Shown: positions 27,940 through 37,775 of the stretch, in pieces
Numbering within the stretch: position 1 is the first letter of the stretch
How the letters are laid out: every line of letters starts with the position of its first letter
Assembly (NCBI GenBank): GCA_964413935.1
Contig: CAYPTY010000016.1
Location: 1,086 to 65,085, forward strand
Reading direction: 5' to 3'
Origin: an uncultured Balneolaceae bacterium
GTDB taxonomy: Bacteria; Bacteroidota; Rhodothermia; Balneolales; Balneolaceae
DNA length: 64,000 nt
Position numbers and translations under genes: made by a program
The notes under the pieces: model-generated
Told to the model about the DNA's origin: nothing
The model's input: the letters and a program-made list of their open reading frames with translations, nothing else
Databases searched by the model: none

Positions 27940-29159
27940 AGCAGATAGGGCATTCTTGTCTTTCGGAAAGCCTGGAGAGCAGTAGCTTCAGGCCAAATTA
28001 TCCTTCCCCTTTCGAGCATGCTTCGCAAATCTGTGCCGGCCAGATTGTTCAGATATTCACGGGATGTAAAGGTGCTGTCATATTTTGAAAAATATATCAG
28101 CAGATCCAGCCCCAGTTCCACCGGACGTGTATCCCCAGAACTGATTGATTCAATTTTTATCATCCGGAATTGCACTCCCTCAAACTTTGGATTCAAAGCT
28201 TTACCAGGAATTTCTTCAGGTTCAGCATTAACCCACTCATAGTTCAGGTTGTGTTTACGCATGATACGGTCCAACTCTGCTTCTTTATTTTGTACTGATG
28301 GCGAACCGAATTGCAGGAAAGGATTGGCTGTGCCTCTGCCTTCTGAAACGGATGTGCCTTCAAAAAGTGCAGTACCCAGGTAAATGTATGCATGTTCAGC
28401 TGTGGGCAGGTTTGGGGAGGGGGGATACCAGTCCAGACCGGTATCGGTCCACATCATGCTTCGCTTCCATCCTTCCATTGGGATAACTTTTAAAGTGGCC
28501 GGATTCCGAACTTTTATCCACTCTTCTCCAATGGCCATGCTGGCCAGTTCACCAATGGTCATCCCGTGGGCTATGGGAAGTGGCTGAGCACCAATAAACG
28601 AATGAAACTGTGGTTCCATAATCCAGCCATCCATATACTCTCCGCCTGCTGGATTGGGTCGGTCCAGTACCCAGACCGTTTTCCCATTATCCTCGGCCGA
28701 CTCCAGAATCCTGAATAGGCTTTGATAGAAGGTATAAAACCGGGCTCCGACATCCTGCATATCAAAAATGATTAGATCGACTTCGTTCAGCATCTCTGCT
28801 GTGGGAGTTTTAGTTTGCCCGTAAAGGGAATACACAGGTAATTCATACTCCGGCTCCACACCATCCTTTATGATAGCCCCATCGCTGCTTTCTCCCCTGA
28901 ATCCATGTTCAGCTGCAAAGAGTGCGGTCACATTGATATCAAGGGACATCAGCGTATCCAGCATGTGAGTATCCCCGATTCGTGCGGTTGGATTCATCGC
29001 CAGTCCGATACGCTTTCCCTTGAGTTCTGGCAGGTATTGTTCGATGAGTATTTCTGCACCGGTTCTGACCGGTTGCTGCCTTTGCCCGGCAACGCAGGCA
29101 CTGAAGCTCAGGATGAGATAACTGAGCGCAAAAAAAATGGGATATGATCGTTTAATCAT
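27933..29159 (-). CDS. DUF1343 family protein (NamZ-like exo-muramidase family) lipoprotein
   Basis: Lipobox LSFSAC. The core motifs DMQDVGARFYT and LDRPNP are recalled from DUF1343. The ATG at 29159 is preferred over the TTG at 29192. Confidence 0.78.
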   Translation of the reverse strand: MIKRSYPIFFALSYLILSFSACVAGQRQQPVRTGAEILIEQYLPELKGKRIGLAMNPTARIGDTHMLDTLMSLDINVTALFAAEHGFRGESSDGAIIKDGVEPEYELPVYSLYGQTKTPTAEMLNEVDLIIFDMQDVGARFYTFYQSLFRILESAEDNGKTVWVLDRPNPAGGEYMDGWIMEPQFHSFIGAQPLPIAHGMTIGELASMAIGEEWIKVRNPATLKVIPMEGWKRSMMWTDTGLDWYPPSPNLPTAEHAYIYLGTALFEGTSVSEGRGTANPFLQFGSPSVQNKEAELDRIMRKHNLNYEWVNAEPEEIPGKALNPKFEGVQFRMIKIESISSGDTRPVELGLDLLIYFSKYDSTFTSREYLNNLAGTDLRSMLERGRIIWPEATALQAFRKTRMPYLLY

Positions 29160-29192
29160 ATCCCAAAATAGTAAATGCGGCTTTTCTTTCAA

Positions 29193-29624
29193 TCAGGATT
29201 GATTGGCCACCACTTCAGACTCGGGGAAGAAATAGGCGGCTTCAATTTTACCGTTTTCCACTGAATCTGATCCATGGATGATGTTTTCACCAACACTGTC
29301 AGCAAAATCAGCACGAATGGTACCCTTTTCTGCCTCAGCTGGATTTGTGGCTCCAATGAGAGATCGGAAATCTGCAATAGCATTTTCCTTTTCCAGAATC
29401 ATGGGCACGCAAGGTCCGCTGCTCATGAATTCGCAGAGTTCGCCGTAGAATGGACGCTCTTTGTGAACTTCATAAAAACCTCCAGCCGTTTCCATGGTGA
29501 GCCGGGTCATTTTCATAGCCAGAATTTTGAAGCCTGCCTCCTGAATTCTGCGGGTAACTTCACCGATGAGTTCTTTACGTACACAGTCTGGTTTCAGGAT
29601 GGTTAGTGTTCTTTCAATTGCCAT
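29193..29624 (-). CDS. ndk: Nucleoside-diphosphate kinase
   Basis: [13 protein letters not shown] start and the active-site motif NIIHGSDS. Confidence 0.95.
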   Translation of the reverse strand: MAIERTLTILKPDCVRKELIGEVTRRIQEAGFKILAMKMTRLTMETAGGFYEVHKERPFYGELCEFMSSGPCVPMILEKENAIADFRSLIGATNPAEAEKGTIRADFADSVGENIIHGSDSVENGKIEAAYFFPESEVVANQS

Positions 29625-29745
29625 TAATCTTCGATATTTTTGTAACAATAAGTTTTAGGTTTCTCTTAAAAACAGACGATAAAGATAAGGCAAACACTGC
29701 TCAATAACCCATTTGCTTTGCCCTCTTTTCCGCTTCATAAAGACT

Positions 29746-31590
29746 ATGGAAGGATACCCAATCAACTTCAGCTGGCAATTTCCGACTCAGTCGAGAGCTG
29801 AAAATCTGTGGCCACTTCTATCGAATCTGAATCTCCTCTTCAAATCACTTGGCTTCGCTCCGGTGAAACCCACTTCTCCGAATCGCGACCAAATTTCGAA
29901 AGTAAAACAACTCACCACAAAGGGCTTTCTGAATTATGTGGTCTGGGAAGAGCTGCCCTATCACTGGGAGTATCCGGTCCGGCTGGGAACTTCCCGATCA
30001 TATAAAATCGGCATTTTCAGGGATCTGAAATTTCGAATGGATTTAACCAATTTTGAGCAGGGGTCGATAATACAGCTAAAGATACTGGGAAACGCCCGTA
30101 ACTCGTTCTCAAAACATTTAGTCGGGTTTTACATGACGAATATCCTCCGCCATAAGCTTCGCAAGACTATAGAGCATTTCGACAAGAGTCTGCAGCATGG
30201 TGTAGAACCCTACAGCGGCAACAAACCAAAAAACTTACCGGCCGGCAGTAAAAACCGGATCAGTGAAATTCAGGATGAACTGATCAAAAGAACACGGCGC
30301 CCAAGGGCTGTTAAAAAGCTGATTGAGTTCATCACTAAGGCCGAAAATTGGCAGCTCTATGCCATTCATCCGTATGAACTGGCTGAAGTCTGGGGCGAGA
30401 ACAAATACGCTGTACTCAATGTATTTCTGAATGCTGCGAAACTTGAACTGCTGGATTTTGGCTGGGATATCAAATGCCCTCGCTGCAAAAACCTGCAACA
30501 GCACATTCATAAACTGAGTGATCTTCATTCACCCGTCTACTGCAAAGAGTGCAAGCGAGAGCTGGATGTGGATTTCAATGATAATGTACATCTGGTATTT
30601 CGCCCGCATCCACTCATCCGCAAACCCATTGAAAAAGTATTTGCCGTTGCTGATCCCCAGAGTAAGCGGGATGTACTTGTTCAGCAGTTCCTGAATATAG
30701 GGGATGTAAAATATCTGAAAGTTTACCTCGAAGAGGGAAGCTACCTCATTCGGCGTTCAGACAGTGACCAGATTGTTACGATGCACGTCGAAAACGGAGG
30801 CGTTGATACCATTAATGTGATATTGACAGATGAGATTTCCGATGATGAGGAAATAACGGTTACAGAAGATCCCAACATCACCGTAACCAATAAAACCCAT
30901 GAACCGGTAGTGCTCAGTATTGAGCGCTCAGGCTGGCAATCACGCATGATTCATGCTTCTGAAATTGTATCTCAGCATGATTTCAAGAGTTTGTATAACG
31001 AAGAGATATTCAAAGAAGGCCAGAATTTCAAAGCCGGCAACCTCACCATTTTGTTCACAGACCTGATGGACTCGACCAGTATTTACAAGGAACATGGTGA
31101 AGAGCTGGCCATCGGTCATGTGATGAGTCATTTTAAAATCATACAGCAGATTGTAGCAGAAGAGCGCGGATCCATTATAAAAACCATTGGTGATTCTGTG
31201 ATGGCGGTATTCCGAAATCCGATGAATGCGGTGAAAGCCGTGCAGCGTATACAGGATATACTGAGTAATTCAACTTCACTCGGGGAATCTTTCAAACTCA
31301 AAGCAGGTATACACATCGGAGACTGCACAGCCGTAAACCTGAATAACCGGGTAGATTATTTCGGAACTACGGTGAACATTGCCTCCCGACTGGTTGATTA
31401 TGCCTCAGAAAGGGAAATTGTAGTTTCAGAAGATGTTTACTCGCATCCTGAGGTCAGAAGATTTCTGAATTCAAATAATGACAAACTCTTCGTTAAAGAA
31501 ACCAATGCCAGCCTCAAGGGTTTCAAAGACGATGAGTTCCCTATCCGGCAAATCCGACTGGAAAAAACCAAGCTGCGGCTCGTGATTTGA
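29746..31590 (+). CDS. Class III adenylate/guanylate cyclase with a large N-terminal zinc-ribbon domain (DUF5939-like)
   Basis: C-terminal cyclase motifs FTDLMDST, KTIGDSVMAVF and YFGTTVNIASRL. The N-terminal roughly 430 aa contain CPRC-x17-CKEC (nt 30475-30555). The ATG at 29746 is preferred over the TTG at 29713. Confidence 0.85.
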   Translation: MEGYPINFSWQFPTQSRAENLWPLLSNLNLLFKSLGFAPVKPTSPNRDQISKVKQLTTKGFLNYVVWEELPYHWEYPVRLGTSRSYKIGIFRDLKFRMDLTNFEQGSIIQLKILGNARNSFSKHLVGFYMTNILRHKLRKTIEHFDKSLQHGVEPYSGNKPKNLPAGSKNRISEIQDELIKRTRRPRAVKKLIEFITKAENWQLYAIHPYELAEVWGENKYAVLNVFLNAAKLELLDFGWDIKCPRCKNLQQHIHKLSDLHSPVYCKECKRELDVDFNDNVHLVFRPHPLIRKPIEKVFAVADPQSKRDVLVQQFLNIGDVKYLKVYLEEGSYLIRRSDSDQIVTMHVENGGVDTINVILTDEISDDEEITVTEDPNITVTNKTHEPVVLSIERSGWQSRMIHASEIVSQHDFKSLYNEEIFKEGQNFKAGNLTILFTDLMDSTSIYKEHGEELAIGHVMSHFKIIQQIVAEERGSIIKTIGDSVMAVFRNPMNAVKAVQRIQDILSNSTSLGESFKLKAGIHIGDCTAVNLNNRVDYFGTTVNIASRLVDYASEREIVVSEDVYSHPEVRRFLNSNNDKLFVKETNASLKGFKDDEFPIRQIRLEKTKLRLVI

Positions 31591-31704
31591 TTCCCATCTC
31601 CGGGTTGGCCGTTGAAGCGCTGATACTATGCTTTAAAACTTCTATACTTCAGGCAGTTAAAACCCTCCGGATACCTGCGATAATAACAGAAAGAATCCGG
31701 ACAG

Positions 31705-33804
31705 GTGAACACCCAAAAATTACCCCATACAATCTATACTGGTGAAACTGGTTTGAATCAAAACCTGCTGCATAAAGAGCAAAGCCCTTATCTGCTACAG
31801 CATGCTGAGAACCCCGTGCACTGGCATGCCTGGAATGAGGAAGCTTTTCAAAAGGCAAAAAATGAGAATAAGCCCGTTTTTCTGTCCATAGGCTATGCTA
31901 CCTGCCATTGGTGCCATGTGATGGCGCATGAAAGTTTTGAAGACGAAGAGATCGCGGGCCTGATGAACGATGCCTTTGTCAATATCAAGGTGGACCGTGA
32001 AGAACGGCCGGATATTGACAACACCTACATGACGGTATGCCAGATGGTAACCGGGCACGGGGGATGGCCCTTAACCATCATCATGACGCCAGATAAAAAA
32101 CCCTTTTTTGCAGCCACCTACATCCCTAAGGATTCCCACTTTGAGCGTATTGGGATGCGACAACTGATCCCGGCTATTGAACACCACTGGAAAAATGAAT
32201 ACAGCAGTATTGAAAAAGCGGTAGAAAGTATAAGCGAGGGATACAAACTCCAGCAGCAGTTTGTCAAAACAGATCAATTGGGTTCTGAGGTTATCAACAG
32301 AGCGGTTGATGATTTTCGCACCCATTATGATGAGGAATACGGTGGCTTCGGAAGTGCTCCTAAATTCCCGACTCCTCATAATCTCAGCTTTCTGCTTCGC
32401 CACGCTTTTTTGAACAAGGATGAGGAAACCCTCCATATGGTGACCAAAACACTCAAAATGATGCGTTTTGGTGGGCTTTTTGATCAGATTGGCTATGGTT
32501 TTCATCGCTATTCCACTGATCAGGAATGGATTTTACCTCACTTCGAAAAAATGCTGTATGACCAGGCATTACTGATGCGGGCATACACTGATGCCTATCA
32601 ATACACCGGAGAATTACTGTTTAAGCAGACCGTTTACGAAATCTCCGAATACGTTCAACGGGATCTTTATAATGGGGATGGAGGCTATTACTCTGCAGAG
32701 GATGCTGACAGTGAAGGTGTTGAAGGTAAATTTTACACCTGGACTTATGAGGAACTGAAGGAAATTTTGAGTCCCGCTGAGTTCGCCATTTTCATGGATG
32801 AATACCACATCCGAAAGGAAGGAAACTTCAAGGATGAATCAACCCGTAAATTGAATGGTACAAATATCCTTTACCTGAAATCACCCGATTTCCTCATGGA
32901 TCCACGGCTACTTGAAATCCGGGAGAAGCTGCAAAAGCACAGGGGAAACAGGGTTCGTCCCCTGCTGGATGATAAAATCCTGACCGACTGGAATGCCTTG
33001 ATGATTTCCGCCTATGCGCGTGCTGCCTTCGTGTTTGATGACGATAGTTTTCTGAAATTGGCCCGCAAAGGAATATCCTTTATTGAGAACCATCTGGTAT
33101 CCAATTCAAGGTTACTGCATCGCTACCGCAATGGTGAGGCCGGAATTCAAGCCTTTGCGGATGACTACGCCTTCCTGATCCAGGCACTCATAGAATGTTA
33201 TGAGAGTACTTTCGAAAGCGAATATCTGACGAAGGCCATATTCTGGAAAAACGAATTCATAAAACAACTCTGGGATGAAGATGAGGGTGCTTTCTTCTTC
33301 AGCCGGGTTACAGATTCAGATTCTATGGGTTCACAGAAACTGATCTATGATGGGGCTATTCCCTCCGCCAATTCTGTGGCCATGCTGAACCTACTGAAGC
33401 TTCATAAATTTACCGGCAATGCAGACTACGCCAACCGGGCGGATGAGATGATAAAGCTGTTTGGTTCAAACCTCAGTAAACACGGCTCACATCATGCACA
33501 GGCTATGCAGGCTCTTCAGTTTTCTCTCAGGCCTTCGCAGGAAATTGTTTTGGCTGAAGCGGATAAAGGTGAGGATATCAAGGCTTTTGTGGATGAGATC
33601 CGGAAACGATACCTGCCCAATGCCATTGTAATGAGGCACCCTGCAGAAGGTTATGATCTCATTTACGAATTCTCCGACTTCATAAAACAGAAAAAGCCGC
33701 GGAATAACCAAACCACGGCTTTTGTATGTGAAGATTTTTCATGCAAACATCCGGTAAATACAAGTGCTGATTTCAGCCGTATTCTGGATCAGATTTCAGG
33801 CTGA
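31705..33804 (+). CDS. Thioredoxin domain-containing protein (DUF255/YyaL family)
   Basis: 699 aa with [17 protein letters not shown] and the [11 protein letters not shown] motif, followed by an alpha/alpha-toroid-like region. The start is GTG. Confidence 0.85.
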   Translation: MNTQKLPHTIYTGETGLNQNLLHKEQSPYLLQHAENPVHWHAWNEEAFQKAKNENKPVFLSIGYATCHWCHVMAHESFEDEEIAGLMNDAFVNIKVDREERPDIDNTYMTVCQMVTGHGGWPLTIIMTPDKKPFFAATYIPKDSHFERIGMRQLIPAIEHHWKNEYSSIEKAVESISEGYKLQQQFVKTDQLGSEVINRAVDDFRTHYDEEYGGFGSAPKFPTPHNLSFLLRHAFLNKDEETLHMVTKTLKMMRFGGLFDQIGYGFHRYSTDQEWILPHFEKMLYDQALLMRAYTDAYQYTGELLFKQTVYEISEYVQRDLYNGDGGYYSAEDADSEGVEGKFYTWTYEELKEILSPAEFAIFMDEYHIRKEGNFKDESTRKLNGTNILYLKSPDFLMDPRLLEIREKLQKHRGNRVRPLLDDKILTDWNALMISAYARAAFVFDDDSFLKLARKGISFIENHLVSNSRLLHRYRNGEAGIQAFADDYAFLIQALIECYESTFESEYLTKAIFWKNEFIKQLWDEDEGAFFFSRVTDSDSMGSQKLIYDGAIPSANSVAMLNLLKLHKFTGNADYANRADEMIKLFGSNLSKHGSHHAQAMQALQFSLRPSQEIVLAEADKGEDIKAFVDEIRKRYLPNAIVMRHPAEGYDLIYEFSDFIKQKKPRNNQTTAFVCEDFSCKHPVNTSADFSRILDQISG

Positions 33805-34560
33805 TCAGTTTTTCTGCATCATCAGCTGGAACATAAAATCGCTGAAACCCATAATGTTTACACCTTGCGGGATTTCAACCATTGCCTTTGCAACACTGCT
33901 TTCCTGAAGGTTCATCACCTCCATCACCACATTTCGTTGTTTCTTTTTTGCATCGTATGCTTCAATCAGCAGCGGAAAAGATTTGCCCTTGAATATGGTT
34001 TCCTGTGATGTTCTGAAGGCGCGATCCATATTGGGGTCCAAACCACTCCAGGAATCGGTGAGGATGCCCCAGTTAATATCTACGTTTGGGGTTAGCCAGA
34101 TGGCCAGATAATTATCGCTCTCATCATCCTCTACAATCAGTTCTGTAGTCTCCATACCTAAAATTGTACGTGTACGATCGGTGAAGCGATAATCAACTGA
34201 TGATGCATCCGATGTGGATTTTTCTTTCGACTCAAACTGTTCGGCCATACTGATCAGGTTTTGAATGTCCTGCTTGGTAACCTGCAGTGCAGAGGATTCG
34301 CCCGTAAGCAGAATGAAGTCCTTTTTGTCGTTGCGGATCAGTAATCCCTCAGCATTCATTGAAGAGGCCAGATTTACCTGATTATCTCCCTGCAGCATGA
34401 TGCGCTGGGGAGTTACATACATGTTTACCAGATTTTCCTCAACCTTACCTCCATCCTCCGAATAAACTTTCATGGTAATCTGTCCCTGGAACTGAGCTTT
34501 GGCCTGCATGGATGTGATAACAAGCAGACAAATCGTGAATGTATATTTAAGTAGCTTCAT
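33805..34560 (-). CDS. Secreted hypothetical protein (DUF4412-like)
   Basis: It has a signal peptide, and the family assignment from memory is weak. Confidence 0.5.
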   Translation of the reverse strand: MKLLKYTFTICLLVITSMQAKAQFQGQITMKVYSEDGGKVEENLVNMYVTPQRIMLQGDNQVNLASSMNAEGLLIRNDKKDFILLTGESSALQVTKQDIQNLISMAEQFESKEKSTSDASSVDYRFTDRTRTILGMETTELIVEDDESDNYLAIWLTPNVDINWGILTDSWSGLDPNMDRAFRTSQETIFKGKSFPLLIEAYDAKKKQRNVVMEVMNLQESSVAKAMVEIPQGVNIMGFSDFMFQLMMQKN

Positions 34561-34624
34561 AATTGATCATTGATGTTCTGATATTCCAAGAGTAAACGGT
34601 TGACTTCTCCCCTTGTTACGGGAA

Positions 34625-35752
34625 TTATCCTACCAAGTCTTCAACTTCCACATTCACTTTGTGGATCCATCCCCCGGCTACAAGATCATTGCCTTCATAA
34701 CACACTACCGCCTGTCCCGGGGTTATGGCTTCCCGGCCGGCCGGAAAATGTACTTCAATTTCATCATCTCCGAGTTGACGAATGGTACCATAGGCGCCCT
34801 CGTCGTTATAGCGGATAGCACCTACAATCTCCATTTCCCCTTCCGGAATACGCTCATATTTGGAGAGATTAATTTCCTTAGCCCTCAGGGTTGTACTGAT
34901 CAGATCTTCTTTGGTGCCAACGGTGACCTTATTGCGGATCGGATCAATATGCGTCACATAAACGGGTTCGCCCATTGCCAGATTCAGGCCACGTCGTTGC
35001 CCGATGGTAAAGAATGGGTAGCCTTCGTGTTCGCCAAGTATGTTCCCGTCTTTATCAACAAAGGTACCGCCTTTCAGCCTGTCTTCCAGTCCCTCAACCC
35101 GGTCTTTAATAAATCTTCGGTAATTATCATCCGGCACAAAGCAGATTTCATAGGAATCGGGCTTATTCGCCACATTTAACAAGCCATATTCTTCAGCAAA
35201 AGCCCGGATTTCTGTTTTCCGGTAGGAACCGAGTGGAAAAATGGTACGGGCTAAATGTTCCTGTTTCACTCCCCACAAGGCATATGACTGGTCTTTTTTC
35301 TTGTCGCGTCCTCTTGAAATTACATAACGGCCGTTTTCTTCTCTTATGTTGGCATAGTGGCCGGTGGCAATGTAATCACAGCCCAGGTTGTCCGCTCTTC
35401 TCAATAAGGCTGCCCATTTGATGTGGGTATTGCAAAGTACGCAGGGATTTGGGGTGCGCCCGTCAAGGTAGTCGCCTACAAAACGATCGATAACCCAATC
35501 GCCAAATTCATCCCGAATATCAACGATAAAATGCTTAAAGCCGTGTTTTACGGCTATTTCCCTAGCATCGTTCATGGACTCAACAGTGCAGCACCCGGTT
35601 TCTTTGCCGGAGTTACCGCCACTTCGGTGGTAGTCCCATGTTTTCATAGTAATGCCGATTACTTCATAACCTTGCTCATGAAGCATCACAGCAGCAACGG
35701 ATGAATCAACACCGCCACTCATGGCTACTAAAACTCTTCCTTTTTTACTCAT
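34625..35752 (-). CDS. mnmA: tRNA 2-thiouridine(34) synthase
   Basis: PP-loop motif VAMSGGVDSSV and conserved NPCVLCN. Confidence 0.95.
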   Translation of the reverse strand: MSKKGRVLVAMSGGVDSSVAAVMLHEQGYEVIGITMKTWDYHRSGGNSGKETGCCTVESMNDAREIAVKHGFKHFIVDIRDEFGDWVIDRFVGDYLDGRTPNPCVLCNTHIKWAALLRRADNLGCDYIATGHYANIREENGRYVISRGRDKKKDQSYALWGVKQEHLARTIFPLGSYRKTEIRAFAEEYGLLNVANKPDSYEICFVPDDNYRRFIKDRVEGLEDRLKGGTFVDKDGNILGEHEGYPFFTIGQRRGLNLAMGEPVYVTHIDPIRNKVTVGTKEDLISTTLRAKEINLSKYERIPEGEMEIVGAIRYNDEGAYGTIRQLGDDEIEVHFPAGREAITPGQAVVCYEGNDLVAGGWIHKVNVEVEDLVG

Positions 35753-35833
35753 GCGGGGAAAACAGCTAATAATTACTCAAAGTTCTGAGCATGGAAAGAT
35801 AAAGCTTTTCGGGAAGAATTATTGTGCCAATGA

Positions 35834-36334
35834 TCAGGTCATGTAGAGATAAGGCTTCCAGTGATCCTGAATGCCTCCCATGACATCACGGAAGAAGGTA
35901 ATCGGAATTGGGCGATAAGGCTTTTTTCTGAGAGGCATTCGGGCCTCATCAGGTGTTTTATTTCCCTTTTTCACGTTGCACTTATTGCAAGCAGTGGTGA
36001 GGTTTTCCCAGGTATCTTTACCATTTCTGCTTTTTGGAAGCACATGGTCAATGGTCAGGTCAGATTTTGAACCGCAGTATTGACAGGTAAAGTTATCCCT
36101 CCTCATGATATTCCGTCGGGACAGAACAATTTTAGTATAAGGCAGCCGAATATACTTTCTGAGCCTGATTACGGATGGGTATGCATATTCCTGAGAGATG
36201 GTATGCAGTTTCAACCTGGGATGGTCATGCAGCATCTCAGCCTTCTCAAGAAAAATCAATTTAATAGATCTCTGCACCGAGCAAATGCTAAGGGGCTGGT
36301 AGTCTTGGTTTAACACCAATACTTGTGCGGTCAT
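35834..36334 (-). CDS. HNH endonuclease family protein
   Basis: 166 aa with the HNH core CQYCGS...IDHVLPKSRNGKDTWENLTTACNKCNVKKGN. Confidence 0.85.
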   Translation of the reverse strand: MTAQVLVLNQDYQPLSICSVQRSIKLIFLEKAEMLHDHPRLKLHTISQEYAYPSVIRLRKYIRLPYTKIVLSRRNIMRRDNFTCQYCGSKSDLTIDHVLPKSRNGKDTWENLTTACNKCNVKKGNKTPDEARMPLRKKPYRPIPITFFRDVMGGIQDHWKPYLYMT

Positions 36335-36473
36335 AGCTGTTTTCCTGTAGTGATCGTTAAGGTTATATACCTTCTTTCGGCGGAGATACTTGCAGAATCA
36401 ATTAGATTGAAAATAAACATCGGTGTGCACCAAAAACAGGCACCACACATTATGTTATTTTTAAACTTTAAAT

Positions 36474-37607
36474 TCAAATGTCGAAGATTTTCAGAAAGTC
36501 TGACCCGATTTCAGGATTGATGGAAACTGCCAGGATAATAGATACGATCAAACCTATTAAAGCATAACTCGCATCCTTTATAATGAAACGAAAAGCTGTA
36601 GTAGTTGTATTGCCTGAACTATCGCCTTTTCCACTTCCATCCGTGATACTTCTGGCCAGTTCCCTACCTCCCAGCAGCCCAATAAATACCCAGGTAGTAC
36701 TCATTGGTATGGCACTCTGGAATTTGAAATAATAGAGGATGAGTGCATACACAAAATCAATGACGGTAGCAGACCGTACCTCGGTAACCATTGATTTTTC
36801 GGTTACAATAGATTGTATTCGATCGCCCTTCAGATAAAAGAGTAAACCCAGACCGAAAAAGATGTACAGTGCAAAACCGGCAAATTCAGCAAATGAGAGG
36901 GACCGTGGCAGATAAACCGCAATATTAGCCGCATCCTGCATGAGCCATGCCGCCCAAAGTGCACCTGAAGTAATCCACTGAAAAACCACCCAGATGGGAT
37001 GCGCCTCGCCTTTAAAGAACTTTCTGAAAATACCGGAAAGTGCGATCCACACGATCACAGCAGAAATGAAGGCTACAAAGTAACCGGATAAACTTTTCTG
37101 TAAAACATCGCCAATGGCGCCGGAGCTGGCAGAAAATGAACTCAGCAGCAAAAAGGTGGTGGATACCGGCATCCTCATCCGTGTGAGTACAAGCAGAAAG
37201 ATCGGAGCAGCTACCTGAAGAAAGGTAAATTCAGTGGGACTCTGGTCAAAACCCTTGGTGGTGAGACGCTGGTAGGATACATCACCATCATAGGTATACC
37301 AGCTGAATCCAACGGTAATCAGAAAAATGCCTCCCATATACAGCCATAAATACCACCATTTACGATGGCTGTTTGAGGCAATGAAAGTACCAATGGTCTG
37401 AATACTGTCGTTTGCGATCGCTGAGTAGCCGGCCAGTGCAAAACCAACCCACATCGCAATGCGGGCATGTTCGAAGGTTGCCCCCGCAACAAAGAAGCAG
37501 ATAGCAATAGCGCCGATGAATATTCTTTCTTCCCTGACAAGGTTATAGAGTGCGGAGGGAAGAAGTTGTTCTAAGAATGTTTGTGATTCAGAATCCGTAG
37601 ATGACAT
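36474..37607 (-). CDS. Multi-pass membrane protein, distantly PiT (PHO4)-like
   Basis: 377 aa with about 10 TM helices. Internal pseudo-repeat motifs are IANDSIQTIGTF / QDAANIAV and PVSTTF / PMSTTWVFIGLLGG. These resemble the PiT GANDxxN and PxSTTH motifs but diverge from them. Confidence 0.45.
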   Translation of the reverse strand: MSSTDSESQTFLEQLLPSALYNLVREERIFIGAIAICFFVAGATFEHARIAMWVGFALAGYSAIANDSIQTIGTFIASNSHRKWWYLWLYMGGIFLITVGFSWYTYDGDVSYQRLTTKGFDQSPTEFTFLQVAAPIFLLVLTRMRMPVSTTFLLLSSFSASSGAIGDVLQKSLSGYFVAFISAVIVWIALSGIFRKFFKGEAHPIWVVFQWITSGALWAAWLMQDAANIAVYLPRSLSFAEFAGFALYIFFGLGLLFYLKGDRIQSIVTEKSMVTEVRSATVIDFVYALILYYFKFQSAIPMSTTWVFIGLLGGRELARSITDGSGKGDSSGNTTTTAFRFIIKDASYALIGLIVSIILAVSINPEIGSDFLKIFDI

Positions 37608-37652
37608 TTATACGATGTAGGCAAGGCTTTTATTTGGTGTGGAGTGTAATGA

Positions 37653-37668
37653 AACTATGTTAACATAG
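37653..37668. promoter_or_regulatory. Perfect 16-bp palindrome ACTATGTTAACATAGT in a divergent promoter region
   Basis: Read directly. It lies between the PiT-like gene (minus strand, start 37607) and gdh (plus strand, start 37776). Confidence 0.35.
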
Positions 37669-37775
37669 TATTATGAAGCAACAGGCAACCAATGTGGATC
37701 CCTAAATAAAAAACGGCATTAGTTTACGAACTCCTTATATTTGTTGCCGCAATTATCCAAGACCAAAATCACTTT

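Noticed and set aside
34613-35179. A 188-aa plus-strand ORF antisense to mnmA
   Set aside because: The MnmA frame has the PP-loop and conserved Cys motifs, so the antisense ORF is a shadow.
36335-36473. A possible terminator or small RNA between the PiT-like gene and the HNH gene
   Set aside because: There is only an imperfect, mismatch-containing hairpin (GTGTGGTGCC...GGTGCACAC on the minus strand) with a weak T-tract. That is not enough to call a feature.
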